Positions 27,860 through 42,196 of a DNA stretch of 64,000 nt are shown here, piece after piece. The notes beneath the pieces are model-generated. The model saw nothing but the letters and a program-made list of their open reading frames with translations. It ran no database searches and had not been told where the DNA came from. Position 1 is the stretch's first letter; each line of letters starts with the position of its first letter. The translations under genes and the position numbers were made by a program. The stretch is taken from positions 75,764,001 to 75,828,000 of the forward strand of contig NC_043008.1 of NCBI RefSeq assembly GCF_006345805.1, read 5' to 3'. Source of the DNA: Octopus sinensis. Taxonomy: Eukaryota.

Positions 27860-28446
27860 TTTCAATGAACTAAGCGAAACATGTCTGATTCTTTCAATTT
27901 CAGTAATGTTACTGCCACCTTTTTGGACATTAGGAACATGTAAACTATCTCATACTTTTCATATGTTGCTACATATGTTGCGGTGAATTTGACAGAACCA
28001 TGAAACTACTAAATATATTTTCAGATTATTATCTTACTATATAAATATACAGTGGTTAAACTTATGAAAAACAGTGACCTATACACTGCATAAATATTTA
28101 ACCTCCACTCAAATGATTATGATCCAATGTGATATTAAATAATTCATTATTCCTTGTCCGATAGTACAGTGATAACCTTATGATGAAATACTTAATTATC
28201 CTTGTTACAAAATTAAACTTCTCAATTTCTCTCTTTCTTTCTCTCTCTCTCACAGACACTTACACACACACACACACACTCTCTCTCTATATATATATGT
28301 ATACATGTATATATATATAATATAAACACACATATATACATGTATATTTATATGTATGTATATGCGCATATATATTTACATATATATGTGTGTATATATA
28401 TATATGTATGTATGTATATGTATGTATGTATATGTATGTATGTATG

Positions 28447-28503
<57 letters not shown>

Positions 28504-28627
28504 CGAAGACAGCTATACGCAATATCAAAACAAAAAGGAAAAATTCAATTGTAACTCATTGTGACGGACGGTATCGGTTTGCACATAAATAACTAGAAAT
28601 ATATGTTAAATACTGTTGTGTCTGGGG

Positions 28628-28762
28628 AGAGTCATTTTCTTTTCGTGCATTATAATGTAACACACTCACCGGTAAAATTTAAACTTACTTCTTATTTTTA
28701 TTTTCCAATTTTTATTTACCGGTGAGCGTGTTACATTATAAGGCACAAGAAGAAAATGACTC
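28628..28762. repeat. Short inverted repeat (~55-bp arms)
   Basis: GAGTCATTTTCTT..GTGC.TTATAATGTAACAC.CTCACCGGTAAA vs TTTACCGGTGAG.GTGTTACATTATAA.GCAC..AAGAAAATGACTC. Confidence 0.8.
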
Positions 28763-28902
28763 AGACACAACAGAATATGCTTCAACACACGAGCACATAT
28801 AAAGAATCTTGCAAACCAAATCCCAAAGCGAAATATAAGGTAAATGATTCAACTCATATTTCTAGTGATATAGGTCCTACACGCGGTACCTTCAGTCACA
28901 AG

Positions 28903-28955
<53 letters not shown>

Positions 28956-29399
28956 GTATGCATGTATAAATCACAAAGTGAGTATTTTCGAATATACCCA
29001 TGTGGTGAGTTGTAATGCAAAGAAAATATATATATAAAATGAAAGAAGGAAAATGCACACACTTAAGATAGTTTTGATATATTTTAAAATATATTTTATA
29101 TTATGTTTGTCGACCTGTTTTGCTTCGCTAATGATGACATTGAAATTATTGTAAATTCGTATTTTATTAAGAAGAATTTAGTGCATGCTGTGTGTGGAGA
29201 ACTTTTTATTAATAATTGAAAAAGAAAAAAAATCTAAGGAGAGGTAACTGGTGATCTTGTTATTGGGGACAAGCGAGGTAAGTTTTCATCTCTCGGTGTG
29301 GGGATAAATGTATACAAAGCTCAAAGATTAAGTACTAAGATAAAATACGTACAGTAATGGGTATGTGATTATGAATTAAAATATATACTGAGATCAAAG

Positions 29400-29770
29400 T
29401 TAGTTATGCGTTCATATTTAGACACGTTCTATATTTCTCGATGGGCAAATTTTCATTATTTAAGCATTCTTGTATAGAAATCGTTTCTTTGTACTGGTAG
29501 ATGGGGAAATCTGTGAAGTTTGGTTACTACCTGTATATCCCTGTATGTGTTCACTCAGATGAATCTGTCTGTATTGCCGGGACCGTGTCTGTTCCTTATG
29601 CAGTGTGGTTCTTCATCTCAGTGTCACATTTGTTTGTCCTATGTAGTTATGACCACAACCTGAGCAAGTTATAACATAAATTAGATTCTTGGAAGCACCA
29701 GTGGTTTTAATTGTGAACCTGTCTCCTTGTTCGAGTAGGAATCCCGAGCCTTGTTGTACGTTGGGGCACA
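29400..29770 (-). mobile_element. PLE GIY-YIG fragment
   Basis: SKNLIYVITCSGCGHNYIGQT. Confidence 0.75.
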
Positions 29771-31407
29771 CAAATACATACACACACACATATATAAGAA
29801 CGTATTTAAATTGTTTAAAAGAACCCACTAACCAACGAAATGAAAATATGAAACTTCAACATGTAAATGGGAAAACAAAGAAATGAAAACTGCTAAACAA
29901 ATAATTATTGAAGAAGACAATAAAGAAAATCATTAGCCTTGACGGGAACAATACTATAAAAATCTTGTTAGAGGATAAAAGCCATGTTAGAGGATAATAA
30001 TTCTATTTAAAGGCCTAAAATTGAAATCAATAAAATAATGTGAAGGCTTAGCGAATGGTTCTTAAAACTTTTTTTTTTTTGGCATCGCTGTTATTTTAAG
30101 TAGTTGTCCTACCTAGTGCCCACTTGAGTGTCTTGCAATGTATTACGACTACATTAACTTAACACGGATGATAATTTATAAAATTTACTCTAGAAATGGA
30201 TTTTATAAGCTTTTAATAGTGAAATGATAAAAAATTTATAAAAACAAGATTTGCAGATTGCAAGTTAGTGACTTCCTTTATTTGATGAAATCTAATCTTA
30301 TTTCAATAGCCATTATAAATTTTATCATGTAGAATATAATTACTACTTAGGTAAAATTTAGCATGTCAATTATAATACTTCACCGCCCCTCACTCCTAAC
30401 ATCCCCTTCTATATATCCAGCGCCTACATGAGGTCAGTACCTCCCACGTAAAAACTGGTGCCTTAAAATATAAATGAATTTATGTTGAAAGAGTTTCATC
30501 GACAAATATTATGACTATATTACAAGTTTCTGATGCATGACATACCAGAATTTCACACAAGTGGAAACATAAGTGAAGCATGCACATAACAGATAATATA
30601 TATTAATGCCACATCATCATATGATCTGACATGATGACCACTCTGACAATTACAAATCACATTCACTCAAACATACCCACACATACACAGATACACACAG
30701 AAACACGCAAATACACCCCCCATACGTATAGAGGCACACATGTGTACACAGACACACATAAAATCACAATACGCCCGTTCACCAGCAAAAAATCTTACAC
30801 ACTCAAAAGCAAAAATCACACACATATACACACAATACAATCCCAACATTCACAACAAACACTCACAAACACACAGACATACACACATACAACGAGATAC
30901 TACAATGATATATTGTTATATTAAGATATATTAAACACATTATCGTATGAATGGCTCACTAGCAATTAAAAACCAAAACGGAATTGATGAATAAAGGGTG
31001 CGAAATAGCACCAGTGATTGCTAAAAATAAGAGTCAAAATTAAATCTTAAAGCCACAGAAAGCACTAATCTCATTATATTTACGGGAAGCGGGCACAGAA
31101 AACACAATCGGTCTTTCACATGCGAGATAAACTCATAAAAAGAAATAGCTGGACAATACTTTATCAAATGATTTCGAAAATTATACCAATGTCTAATTTG
31201 TCTTCAGAAAAATCTACCGACTTCTCAGGGATAAATAGATAGTTTGCTTCGTAATAGTAAATGAGAATAGGAAACCGTTATTAAACAGCGCCAAGTTCGA
31301 ACAGTTAGCGTTATATATCCTCAATACAAGAAGATACATCAATGATATATTAATATATATTAAACACAATATATTATGAGTGGCTCTCTAGCAATTACAA
31401 AAATTAA

Positions 31408-31451
<44 letters not shown>

Positions 31452-31460
<9 letters not shown>

Positions 31461-31669
31461 ATCACGTGACCGACCACACCATCAAATGTTGTTACACATC
31501 GCTGGTCACAATGCGTTCGCATTGTTTTAGCTTTCGAATGACGCCACCCCGCTGGAGCTTTTAGGTGTTTTTGCTCAAGAAACACTCACAAGGCCCGGTT
31601 TGGGAATCGAAACCGCGACCCTTCGAGGGCGAGTTCACTGCCCTAACCACTGGGCCATTGCGCTACCAC
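31452..31669 (-). mobile_element. tRNA-derived SINE (second family)
   Basis: A box TGGCCCAGTGG, B box GTTTCGATTCC, then non-tRNA body; (TA)n flanks. Confidence 0.7.
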
Positions 31670-32623
31670 ATATATATATATATATATATATATATCAATA
31701 AATGGTGGGGTTGTGTTGACCGCACGTGGAGAAATGATAAGCAATGAAAAATTGTAAAAATGCAGAATGCTCGATTGAAAGAAAATTTTTATGAATTAAG
31801 AAAATGAAAAAGTATATAAATATATATTTATTCAAACCGGTTTTCGTCATAGTTTGACTTATCAAGAATAGTTAGGTGAAAAGATTTTTCAAAAATGAGA
31901 AAGGGGAAAAAAGTTGCATTGTTTTTTGCAAAAGAATAATAGTAGTAAATATGTACAAAAATTAAAAAACAAGTACTCCGATACATTGTGAGTTCGTTGT
32001 GTATCTTGAGTTCAATGATTGTTCATGAAAAAATTACCTTGAGGTATTAGGATCCAATGGGATTAAGGCCATGTGTTGTTTCGTTTAATTTAGGATGTTG
32101 GCAAAACAGGAAGTAGTAGCAATTGTGGTTCTTCAGTTCCTGTGTTGTGAATAAGGGGAGACAACTCTTTTGAGTTCTTCAATAAAAGCTGCTGATAAAC
32201 CCCAAATTATAAAATTGTCATTTTAGCTTCATTTGCATTATCTTTTTTATATAATTGTTTGTTAATTTAACTTTCAGATTTTAACACTTTATTTATATTA
32301 TTTTCTAATTATATAAATTTGCATAGACAATTGCATTTCAGATGGTTATATCATAAATAATAAAGATGATGGTAATAACAACAATAGTAAAAATGATATT
32401 TAAAGAGTATAAGTTTTTGCTTGAAGTGATGAATCTATGGTATCCTTATATATTTGTGTGAGTCCATCCATGAAGAATGAGGTAGAAAGGGGAAGTTTGA
32501 TCAACGAGGAGTTTGTATATTAAGTTGTGTTTGGAATTTTTCAATAAAGAGATTCTCCTTGTTAATTCTCTCCTGTGTGGTGATGCCGTCTTTACATTGG
32601 TAGAAGGGGAATATAGAAGGGGA

Positions 32624-32649
<26 letters not shown>

Positions 32650-32658
<9 letters not shown>

Positions 32659-34632
32659 TAGAGACAAAACCACTATTTTGCAAATCAAACAAGGAAAGAC
32701 TTAATCAATACACAAAAAAATTTTAATATAACGTAAATAAATCGCCACTACAATTGTTTCCTGTCTTCAAATGACATTCATCAGGTGGATTTCATATATA
32801 AAAATATCAATATTTTAAAAAATAAATTTAAAATGGCTAAAACTATAAATAATATAAATTTATCAATGAAAAAATATAAAAATATATAATCTATATATAA
32901 TCCATATATAATCTATATATAATCCATATATAATCTATATATAATATAATCAAGAACTAAAATAACCTCTATAAACAATTAAATATAAAGAAACCTATTA
33001 TTAAAGTTCTCATATTTAAAGATGAAGAATCTAATTTCAAAAAACAAAAAACAAAAAACAAAAATAAAAATAAACTATATATACACACATGCTCATACAC
33101 ATATATCTAAGTATATATAAACATATCTAAATACATACACTAACTCACACGCCCATATACATCTCTATACATACACATAAACATCTAGGCAACGATAAAT
33201 TAATAAAATAGCCAAATACTTCAACACATTACTTATTCATACTCCCTCACACACACATACAACCCTCATTCATAAACGCACTCACTCTACATGACGACCA
33301 CACAACCAGCATCCGCATATACTCAACCACAACAATATAAACATTTCATTCTTAGCAAGAAACTACCAAATACCAAATACCACATATATACCACAACAAT
33401 ACATAAATACTTAAACCAAACACACACACACATATCTAAATACCACATGCATGCAACAAACATACACAAATACGCAAACAAACACACACACACACACACA
33501 CATATATCCAAATACCACATGCATGCAACAAACATACACACACACATATCCAAATACCACATGCATGCAACAAACATACACAAATACGCAAACAAACACA
33601 CACACACACATTTACACATACATAAACACTCAAAAGAAAAACAACATTTCTACACATAAACAATGCACACCCACACACATTCACACACAATCACTCACAT
33701 ACAACCGCACTCCTACCGCCACTCCAACACAGATGAGTAACAAATTTAGCAGATACATACTCTCAGCCACTTACATACAGTAATATTCCCTACTCAGCAA
33801 TATACTATTAAAAAACCCCAACACCACTCTAAAACCAATTTATGAATGTGAATAATAACTTATATTGAGTTATTCTAATAATAAATCATTTAAAAACAGA
33901 CCTATCTATTTATCAAAATATGTCTAAATTATTGATAATTAATAACAAAGAAAATACGATAAATAGAACACTCCATAAGCAACAAGATTAACATAAGCAA
34001 CAAGATTAACATAAGGAGAAAAAAATACATACCTTCTATTCAATTTTAAAGTTATGAAGTGAATTTAAAGTCTAACCATTATAACGTTTACAAAATTACG
34101 TTACCATAGAAATAGAAATAGAACATATTTATAATAAATTCTCTCCGCGTTATGAACGAACGTTATTTATAAATTTTTTTTTTTTTTTTTTTGAAATTAG
34201 ATTCTTCATCTTTAAATATGAGAACTTTAATAATAGGTTTCTCTATATTCAATTGTTTATAGAGGTTATTTTAGTTCTTGATTATATTATATATAGATTA
34301 TATATAGATTATATATTTTGATATTTTTTCATTGATAAATTTATATTATTTATAGTTTTAGCCATTTTAAATTTATTTTTTAAAATATTGATATTTTTAG
34401 ATATGAAATCCACCTGATGAATGTCATTTGAAGACAGGAAACAATTGTAGTGGCGATTTATTTACTTTATATAAAAATTTTTTTATGTATTGATTAAGTC
34501 TTTCCTTGTTTGATTTGCAAAATAGTGGTTTTGTCTCTAATTAATATTATATAATATTTTACTATAAAATTGGATTCAATCCTAAATCTGATTTTTCCCC
34601 GTAAATTTGGATTTATTCCCTAATATTTATTA
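32650..34632 (+). mobile_element. Decayed PLE 3' end with ~390-bp inverted pLTR copy
   Basis: 32650-33040 is the reverse complement of ~34190-34548; GIY-YIG-like traces (IYECE...YI...SFKNR) at ~33835-33900. Confidence 0.7.
34410..34453 (+). ncRNA. Minimal type I hammerhead (inverted copy at 32745-32788)
   Basis: CCAC-CTGATGA-ATGTC..GACAG-GAAA-CAATT-GTA-GTGG. Confidence 0.7.
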
Positions 34633-34708
34633 TTATATATATATATATATGTATATATGTATATATATATGTATATATATATATGTATATATGTATATAT
34701 GTATATAT

Positions 34709-35038
34709 ATCTGTAAATGTAATATGTGGCAATTATTCGGTAGCCATGATAAAACTCTGAGTTTCGGATGTCGGGGTGGAAATCCACGCCGCCATCTCTT
34801 ATCCGGTCATCGGAAAAAATTCTATGGAGGTTTTAACGGTTTTAAGGGTTTTAACGGTCATTTTCATAGCATTTTTCCGATGGCCGAATAACTGAAGAGA
34901 TGGCGGCGTGGATTTCCACCCTCGCATCCGAGTTTTATCATGGCTGCCGAATAACTGTCACATGTTACATTTACAGATGAATCCCTCTATTTACATTATA
35001 TCAAGGTCTCTTTCCTCCTTTTGTTGACTTAACATTTC

Positions 35039-35089
<51 letters not shown>

Positions 35090-36741
35090 ATGTATATATA
35101 TCTGTAAATGTAATATGTGACAATTATTCGCTAGCCATGATAACACTTTGAGTTTCGGATGTCGGGGTGGAAATCCACGCCGTCATCTCTTATCCGGCCA
35201 TCGGAGAAAATGCTATATACATATACAGGACTAAGTACCTGGACTGTTGGCATAGTAATGCAGCTAAGGCACGCAGAGTGAAGCCGTTTGGCAACGACTG
35301 ACCATCACCTCTGCTGTTCATGCACACTAACTTTTAAAGTTCTACCGCACTTCAGCTGTTTACAGCAGTGCTTGGAAGGAACATTAGAATTTAGTGCATA
35401 TGCGCAAAAGAGTTCACTGTCAATTTGTGCCAAGCGGGTGTACAATGTGGGATTTAGCTTCATTAATATGGCAACAATCATATATATATATGTAAGGGCG
35501 GAATCTACCTGTTCTCTCAAAGCCTTACAGAATCGTGGCTTGATTATTAGATATGATTCTTTTACCAGGATTTTTCTAATCCTTATAGGGTAGAGCAACA
35601 TGTCCATTCCCTTCACTCCCCTTATTATCTAAACTAAAATTACTACTAGATATAACACTTAATTTCCTGTTACTTATTTTTAAATTCAAATTGATGGATT
35701 TGCTGGATGCTTTTCTAGGACTAAGAAAAGTAATTTCATTGTTGAATCCTGCCTTAGAAAAAGCAAAGTTATGGTGGTGGGAATGAGTACTGAAAATTTC
35801 TTTATTCGCTGATAATTTTGTAATACTCATAGAAATACTTTTAATCACTGATTTTAACTCATTAAGGGGTTGATTTGATAATTTGTTCACGTACCTCGTA
35901 CCTTCATCTGGTTTCCTATAGGGGTGGTATAATACTGAGTTAATGTCTAGTGTAGTGTCTAAGAAATTTTCCACTTTTGTGCCATAATCAAACGTAATAA
36001 GTAAGTTGAAGCTTGTGAAAAATTTTTTCTAATTCTCTTCCTCACTCTTTCTATGATCGGTTTATTATCGCTAGGGATAATGAATACAGCATCATCTCTA
36101 TATAAACCTCCTTCCAATTCAGGGATTCCACCTTTGAGGCACCTTAAAAGATATGCACCAACTAAGTTAGTGATTTCAGCCGAATCACTCGAGTCCATTG
36201 CTATATCGAAAATAACAGGGGTATCGAGCCTTGCCCATAGCTTACCCTCAAATTCTATGATAGGTTTCCTAGCTAAAAGAATAATGTCCATTTATAAGAG
36301 AAAGGTTTTTTGCGAAAATTAGAAATTTGTTAAGAAGAATAGGATATATACTAGAATAATAACTGTTAATATTGAATAAACGAATAATTACATGGATGTA
36401 AACGAATATATCACTTCATCCGTATCAAACCATAGTTTGAGAGATAGATTAGGGATTATTCGGGGTATTATAGTATCCAGAATTGATTTGCTAAGTCAAC
36501 CTATATCGGACTTCGTCGGGCAAATTAGTATAACAGCAAGATTATCTTGGAAGTTCTTTTTATGGTCCTTGAGTTTAATCCTTAGTTCATTTGGTATTAA
36601 GGGGTCAGTCCTGTCTGCCAAGTCATACTCCATCATAATTTTCTTAATTTATAAGTTGGTGTCCAATAGATTCTTTTTCGTGGTTATTTTATATTTAGCA
36701 TTGAGTTCCTTGATTATTAGTCACTTATAGGTAATATTGTC

Positions 36742-36745
<4 letters not shown>
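34709..36745 (-). mobile_element. Decayed PLE (Hydra-clade-like) with three pLTR pieces
   Basis: FDIAMDSSDSAEI, GGLYRDD, NFLDTTL..YHPYRKP; pLTR copies at 34709-34826, 34866-34978 (inverted) and 35100-35216. Confidence 0.85.
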
Positions 36746-36812
<67 letters not shown>

Positions 36813-36816
<4 letters not shown>

Positions 36817-36952
36817 TTTCGACAACTAATCCACTCACCACGCTTTAATCCGCCCAAGGCTAAAGTAGAAAATATGGCACGCAGAGAGACTGGACTCTGA
36901 AACGTATGGTTGGGTAACAAGGTTCTTACCAAACAGCCACGTCTGCGCCTAT
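36813..36952 (-). mobile_element. SINE head fragment
   Basis: Reverse strand TAGGCGCAGACGTGGCTGTTTGGTAAG matches the head at 61691. Confidence 0.65.
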
Positions 36953-38221
36953 GTATATAGATAAACTATATAGTCATGTGTGCATGTGCGTGTGTGTGGG
37001 CGCAAGTGTTTGTATATGTGAATGGGAGAGAGAGAATGTGTGTGTGTATAAAAGATAACTATGTGTACGATGAGTTGAAATGCAAGGTAACTTTACGGGT
37101 ATTCTGTTAGATGTCATACAATATGGGTTCAATTTTAAATATAAGAAGTGCATCACTTATGTGTTGCAAGCAGGCGTCAGACAACCTTTCATATTCTCAT
37201 CAAAGATTGTTCTTAGTCCACCGAGAAGCACTTGTGTAGTAAAAAATTTCAAAATTTCACAAAACCCTTAATTTTGTGTCTATAATCAGAACTCGCTTAT
37301 GACATTTGCTTAAAATCTATACATGCAAAGAGTTACACACATATACCCAATAACAGCTATGCGTATATGTGCGTGTATTCATGCATATGTGTGCGGGTTA
37401 GTGTACACGTGAAAATATGTGAAGAATATTTATGTGTGCGTATGCGTGTATGTGTATGTGTACTTTTCCGTCTCTGCTACTTTATTAAAGCATATTTTTC
37501 TCACCATGCTACAATTTGTCAATGTAGAAACCTATTCAACTCTAGTTACATATAATGCTTCATTTCTTTTTTTATTCATTTTCAGCAATTTATTATAATT
37601 TCCTGAAGAGATAAATTGATTCACTTAATTTCACTTTGATACATGGGTAAATATTTTTCCATATCTCACTCATATTTTTGAGTTCATTTTTCCAATCTCC
37701 ATTTTATTTGATTTCTTTGCTATGTCCTGCAACACAGCTGCATACAATATATAGTGCAATTTTTGTTTTGTTTCAGTATAACAAAACACGGTTGTCAGAT
37801 TGACGTTGCACTGTTCTATTACCATAGTGACAAACAATATACACAATAATTATGGAAAAAATAGAAATAGAATGTTTTATTACTATTATTATGAAAAATG
37901 ATTAAAATAATTAATGAGTATTATGGAAAGAAAACTATAAAAGTTTTTCTATTCACCCAGGATCCAGTCCGCACAAGAGCGATTTCGCCATCTTTTCTTG
38001 GGGTTGCTAGGAAACAAAGAATTGTAATTAGAGCTGGTTTATAGTATTTCAAGCAGAAAGTGATGTGCGGGGATGATAGCAAACAATGATTACCACAACT
38101 ATATTCAAAACGTAGAGAAAATATTGGAAAAGTGAATCTTCTCATATTTACATTGCCTGATACAATCAGTAGTAAAATATCACCCAATTTCACCCTTAGC
38201 TTGGTAATATACATCTTTATA

Positions 38222-38428
38222 TCTTTTACTTGTTTCAGTCATTAGACTGCGGCCAACCTGGAGTGTCACCTTAAAAAAATTACTCGAACGAATCGACCCC
38301 AGCACTTGTGTTTTAAAACCTGGTATTTATTATATTGGTCTCTCTGTTGCCGAACCGCTATATACAGGGGATGTATTCTCACCAACATCAGTTGTGAAGC
38401 AGCAATGGGGACACAAATAGACACAAAG
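38222..38428 (-). mobile_element. SINE tail fragment
   Basis: TTTTACTTGTTTCAGTCATT.GACTGCGGCCA...GCCGAACCGCTA, as at 50722 and the reverse of the 61691-62097 tail. Confidence 0.75.
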
Positions 38429-41214
38429 CCACGTACATATAGATAATTATATATTTGAAAATATATCCATAGGGTGTCTCAGCATTAGTTTTCACACTTA
38501 TACGCACAGATACACACAAACCCACATATGCATGTGCGAGTGTATGCGTGTGTGCCTTTGTAAACCTATATGTAGGTGCATGAAGTGTTATTGATTTTGT
38601 TTTAAGCCAAAATGACAAAACAAAATGCGACAGGAGCAATTTTAATAGCGAAATGTAATATGTATCCCTACGTTAGCGTGGATGTTATGTTAAAACAAAC
38701 TGTAAGGGAATAGATTCCATTAGAGAAATTCTCATATTGACTTCTCAATAATTGACCTCGACCGATAGAGTTAGTAGAGACTCATGCCGCCACCAAAGAC
38801 ATATATTGAAAAATTGTTGCAGAAGAGGCAAAAAAAGGTCGAAATCACGTGACCTAAAGCTCTCGGCCCTGGAGATGGTGGGAATTATGTTCCTGCTTGC
38901 GATATATGCATCTTCCACGGTATCTTCAGCTGTATAGTTGTTATAACAGAACATCGACGTTTAAGTGGGAATAAATATTACCTCTCGGTATTAATTCTGC
39001 CTCTATTGCTTATATACATTTTTTAACAAGCTCAGTGGTTAATACCGTCGTTAGCGCCTGTTCTGGCAGTTTTCCCATATATCGCTAGCAAGTTTAGTGG
39101 TCTCGGAGCCAGAGATGTCAGGGATTGTTCCACCCGCTAGCGATATAAACAAGAGTGCATTGCGCACCAAAAGCGAATATGAGAGTTTCTGTCATGATAT
39201 CTACTGCAGTATAGTTTGTTCTAACAGAACAACCACGTTTAGTTTAAGATATATATTACCTCTCGTTAAGAGGAATGTATTTATCTGTCGTCCTGTATAT
39301 TCCCTAATATGTTTGAAGTAGGGCATCTAATATTTCATCAACGTAAGTTTATCATTTGATGTTACGTTTCAAATTGCAAGATGTGTGTTACTGCACCTAT
39401 CTCTCCGTAATTACGGATATCGCAACGAAATCATACACATTATAAATGATTCTGTTATACATGTTTAATTTCCTGCATAGTACTTAAAGGTTCATGCGTG
39501 TTAATGTTATACGAATACAGTGAGAGAACTTTTAAAGCCCGTTTATATGTTAAATGTTCGAAGGTTTGTCTTTACTTACATGACTATAAAAAATATTCTT
39601 CACTTTTAATATTTGAGAATTTTGGTGCTTTTCTATTTTACATTGCAATTTGACATTTGTGTCAACATGAAATATGCTTATCATTCAGAAACTTTCTTCA
39701 TTTTCTTTTTTTATCTTCTTTGAAGTTGCTGCTACAAACTCCAATTTCAATTATACAACTTAGCGATATCCAAAGTAGCAATTCTTGAATACTGATAATT
39801 CAACACCTTCTAAGATATATTGAAGATATCTAATCAAGTTAAATTTAAATTCTCAGTAATTCATAGCTTTTCCATTTCCTATTTTAACTGTATCGAGTAA
39901 TGTACGGGATAACTAATTGATAGGATAGTAAATTAGCTTCATATCCTGAATAATTTAGTACGTTATGAGATAAGAAAGAAAGCATTTAGTGCATTATGTT
40001 TAACTGTCATAAGTAACTCCTTAATTGCTGGAATAGTTTTAAAATAATTTATTCTGTAATTGTAAATACTTGATAAACATTGGTGATAACAAAATTACAG
40101 AAATTAAATATTTTAGTAACTGAATGCAATGTGGGTGTACTAACAAACATGGAAAGGCAAATCGAGTAGTCAATATGTTGTGTGGCTTTCCTCCTACGTT
40201 AACACACTTGATATCGATACTTAAGAGAGTTCCAAAGGGATATATGTTCTCATTCTTAATACTGTAATACACACGTACAATCTATATTAATATATTGTTC
40301 CAGCTGAGCTCGATACATGTTATACATGCCTATACATGAATTAAAGTTGTGTTTGAAACACAACAAGAAACATATATTTTGCTAATGACTCACACGTGTA
40401 ATAATCTGAAAATCTTTAGAACCCAATTTAAATTAGAATGTGTGAAGTTACCAAAAAGGGGCTAGAAATGGCTGTTTTTACTTTGAGCGTTTGGAGTGAA
40501 AGGAAAGAGAGCAATGATGCCACAGGAAACTTACACTGTAAAATGTAGCTCTATTAACTATGCATTGTCTTAATGAAAATAACATTCCTTGTTATATAAC
40601 GTTGTTATTGCCGTTTAGCCTGGCATGAAAAAGAGGCCATTTGCCATAACCTTCAATTCAATAATTCTGCGTGGCTTACAAGTGTACACTAAGAAAATAC
40701 TAAGCTCCTCTATTACAGTCATAATGTTAGTCTATTAAAGGGAGCCAACATATGTCAACCATATCACACAGAAGGGGGAGAAATATGACAGATTAATTAA
40801 CAGATAGTGTAAGGATATTTGATAACATTAAATGAAATATTGTATCCGGGTTTATAAATGTCGATTTATCGATTTATAAATGTTGATGTCTGCACTAGAT
40901 ACCTATTAAAACAGTCGAAGGAGTTTGTTCTAAATGATATTTAATCCATTAGATATCTGTAGCTGGAGAATTGGTATTTCTGTGCCAGACTATATATTTA
41001 TAATGAGGGATACAATCTCTGGAAACTGGTAATTGTATCTATCCAGAAACTGTAATGTGATAAATGGGAGATCAGTTCGGTTAATATTATAAACTTATAT
41101 ATTCAAATTATTTATGAAATTAAGATATTATAAATAAAATAAATATAATTACAAATGATATCGAAATATTGAACTATTCACATGCAATAATAAAATGGCA
41201 ATACACAAATATGC

Positions 41215-42125
41215 AGATGACTTCTACTCTAGATTTGTTGTGCCCTGTACTCACGTACACATATTTATATATGCATGTATATATACATGTAGATGTAGGT
41301 ACGTACATATATGTATGTATGTATGTAAAAATGTGTTTTATTTATTAAATTGCATGACGGAGCGCCCTCGCGTCGTTTCGTTTCCAAGTAACTTTTATAT
41401 ATAATTATGACGCGAAACTCTATAACCCTTTGCTTGATCTTCCCTTCCTTCCTATCTGTCTTCCTCTTTGCCTGTCTCTCTCCTTCGTATTTTTCACCTT
41501 TTCTGGTTTCCTTTCCTCTCTATCTTTCTCTCTCTTACTCCTCCTCATCTCTCTCACATCCGGGTCGACCAACTTCCTTTCGCTGGCGGCCTCCTACAAT
41601 TGAACACGCTTTTTTCCTGCGCTCTTGAATTTTTCCTCGTCTAGGCTAAAAAAGGCCCTCATTGTTTGTTTCCATATTTGTTTTTATTACTTGTACTGTA
41701 TTTTTTGTATTTGTATTTTTATTTTGTACTTGTTTTTTTACTTGTATTTTTATTTGTATTATTTTTACGTCCTGTTTTTGTCACACTTTTTTCTTTCCTT
41801 GTTTTTACCCCTCTGCAAAGGAATTTTATTTAATTCTTTCACAGGAAGGGCTAGTTAGACGAGTCGTGTTCTGTCCTTACCTTCGAAACACGCATGGAGT
41901 TGAACTAGGGACAGCTGATGAAGAGGAATTTTCCTTGTGTTTTTTGTCTAGTACTCTGTTTTTTCGTTGTTAAAAGAAGGTCCGTTTCCATGTTTGTTTT
42001 TACGTTTTCGTTTCTCGTTGAGTTCTACGTCTATTTGTGGTGTCCTGTACTCACGTATATATATTTATATATGCATGTATATATACATGTAGATGTAGGT
42101 ACGTACATATATGTATGTATGCATA
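41215..42125 (+). mobile_element. ORF-less element with direct terminal repeats carrying a permuted hammerhead
   Basis: Direct repeat 41244-41320 vs 42044-42120; homologous to 48401-49584 (shared TTTTTACCCCTCTGC and GTAGGTACGTACATATATG). Confidence 0.65.
41865..41926 (+). ncRNA. Non-circularly permuted hammerhead ribozyme motif (variant A)
   Basis: CGTGT-T-CTGTCCTT .. CCTTC-GAAACACG .. AGGGACAG-CTGATGA-AGAGG. Confidence 0.75.
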
Positions 42126-42134
42126 TATTTTATT

Positions 42135-42196
<62 letters not shown>

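Noticed and set aside
31600-31665. Possible tRNA gene
   Set aside because: No convincing acceptor stem and it continues into a SINE body.
31829-31870. Hammerhead-shaped motif on the minus strand
   Set aside because: Stems are present but the core is TTGATAA; probably a dead relic.
38745-39321. Slightly GC-richer unique segment with a signal-peptide-like stretch (MVGIMFLLAIYAS)
   Set aside because: Stops after about 20 codons; no recognisable homology or exon structure.
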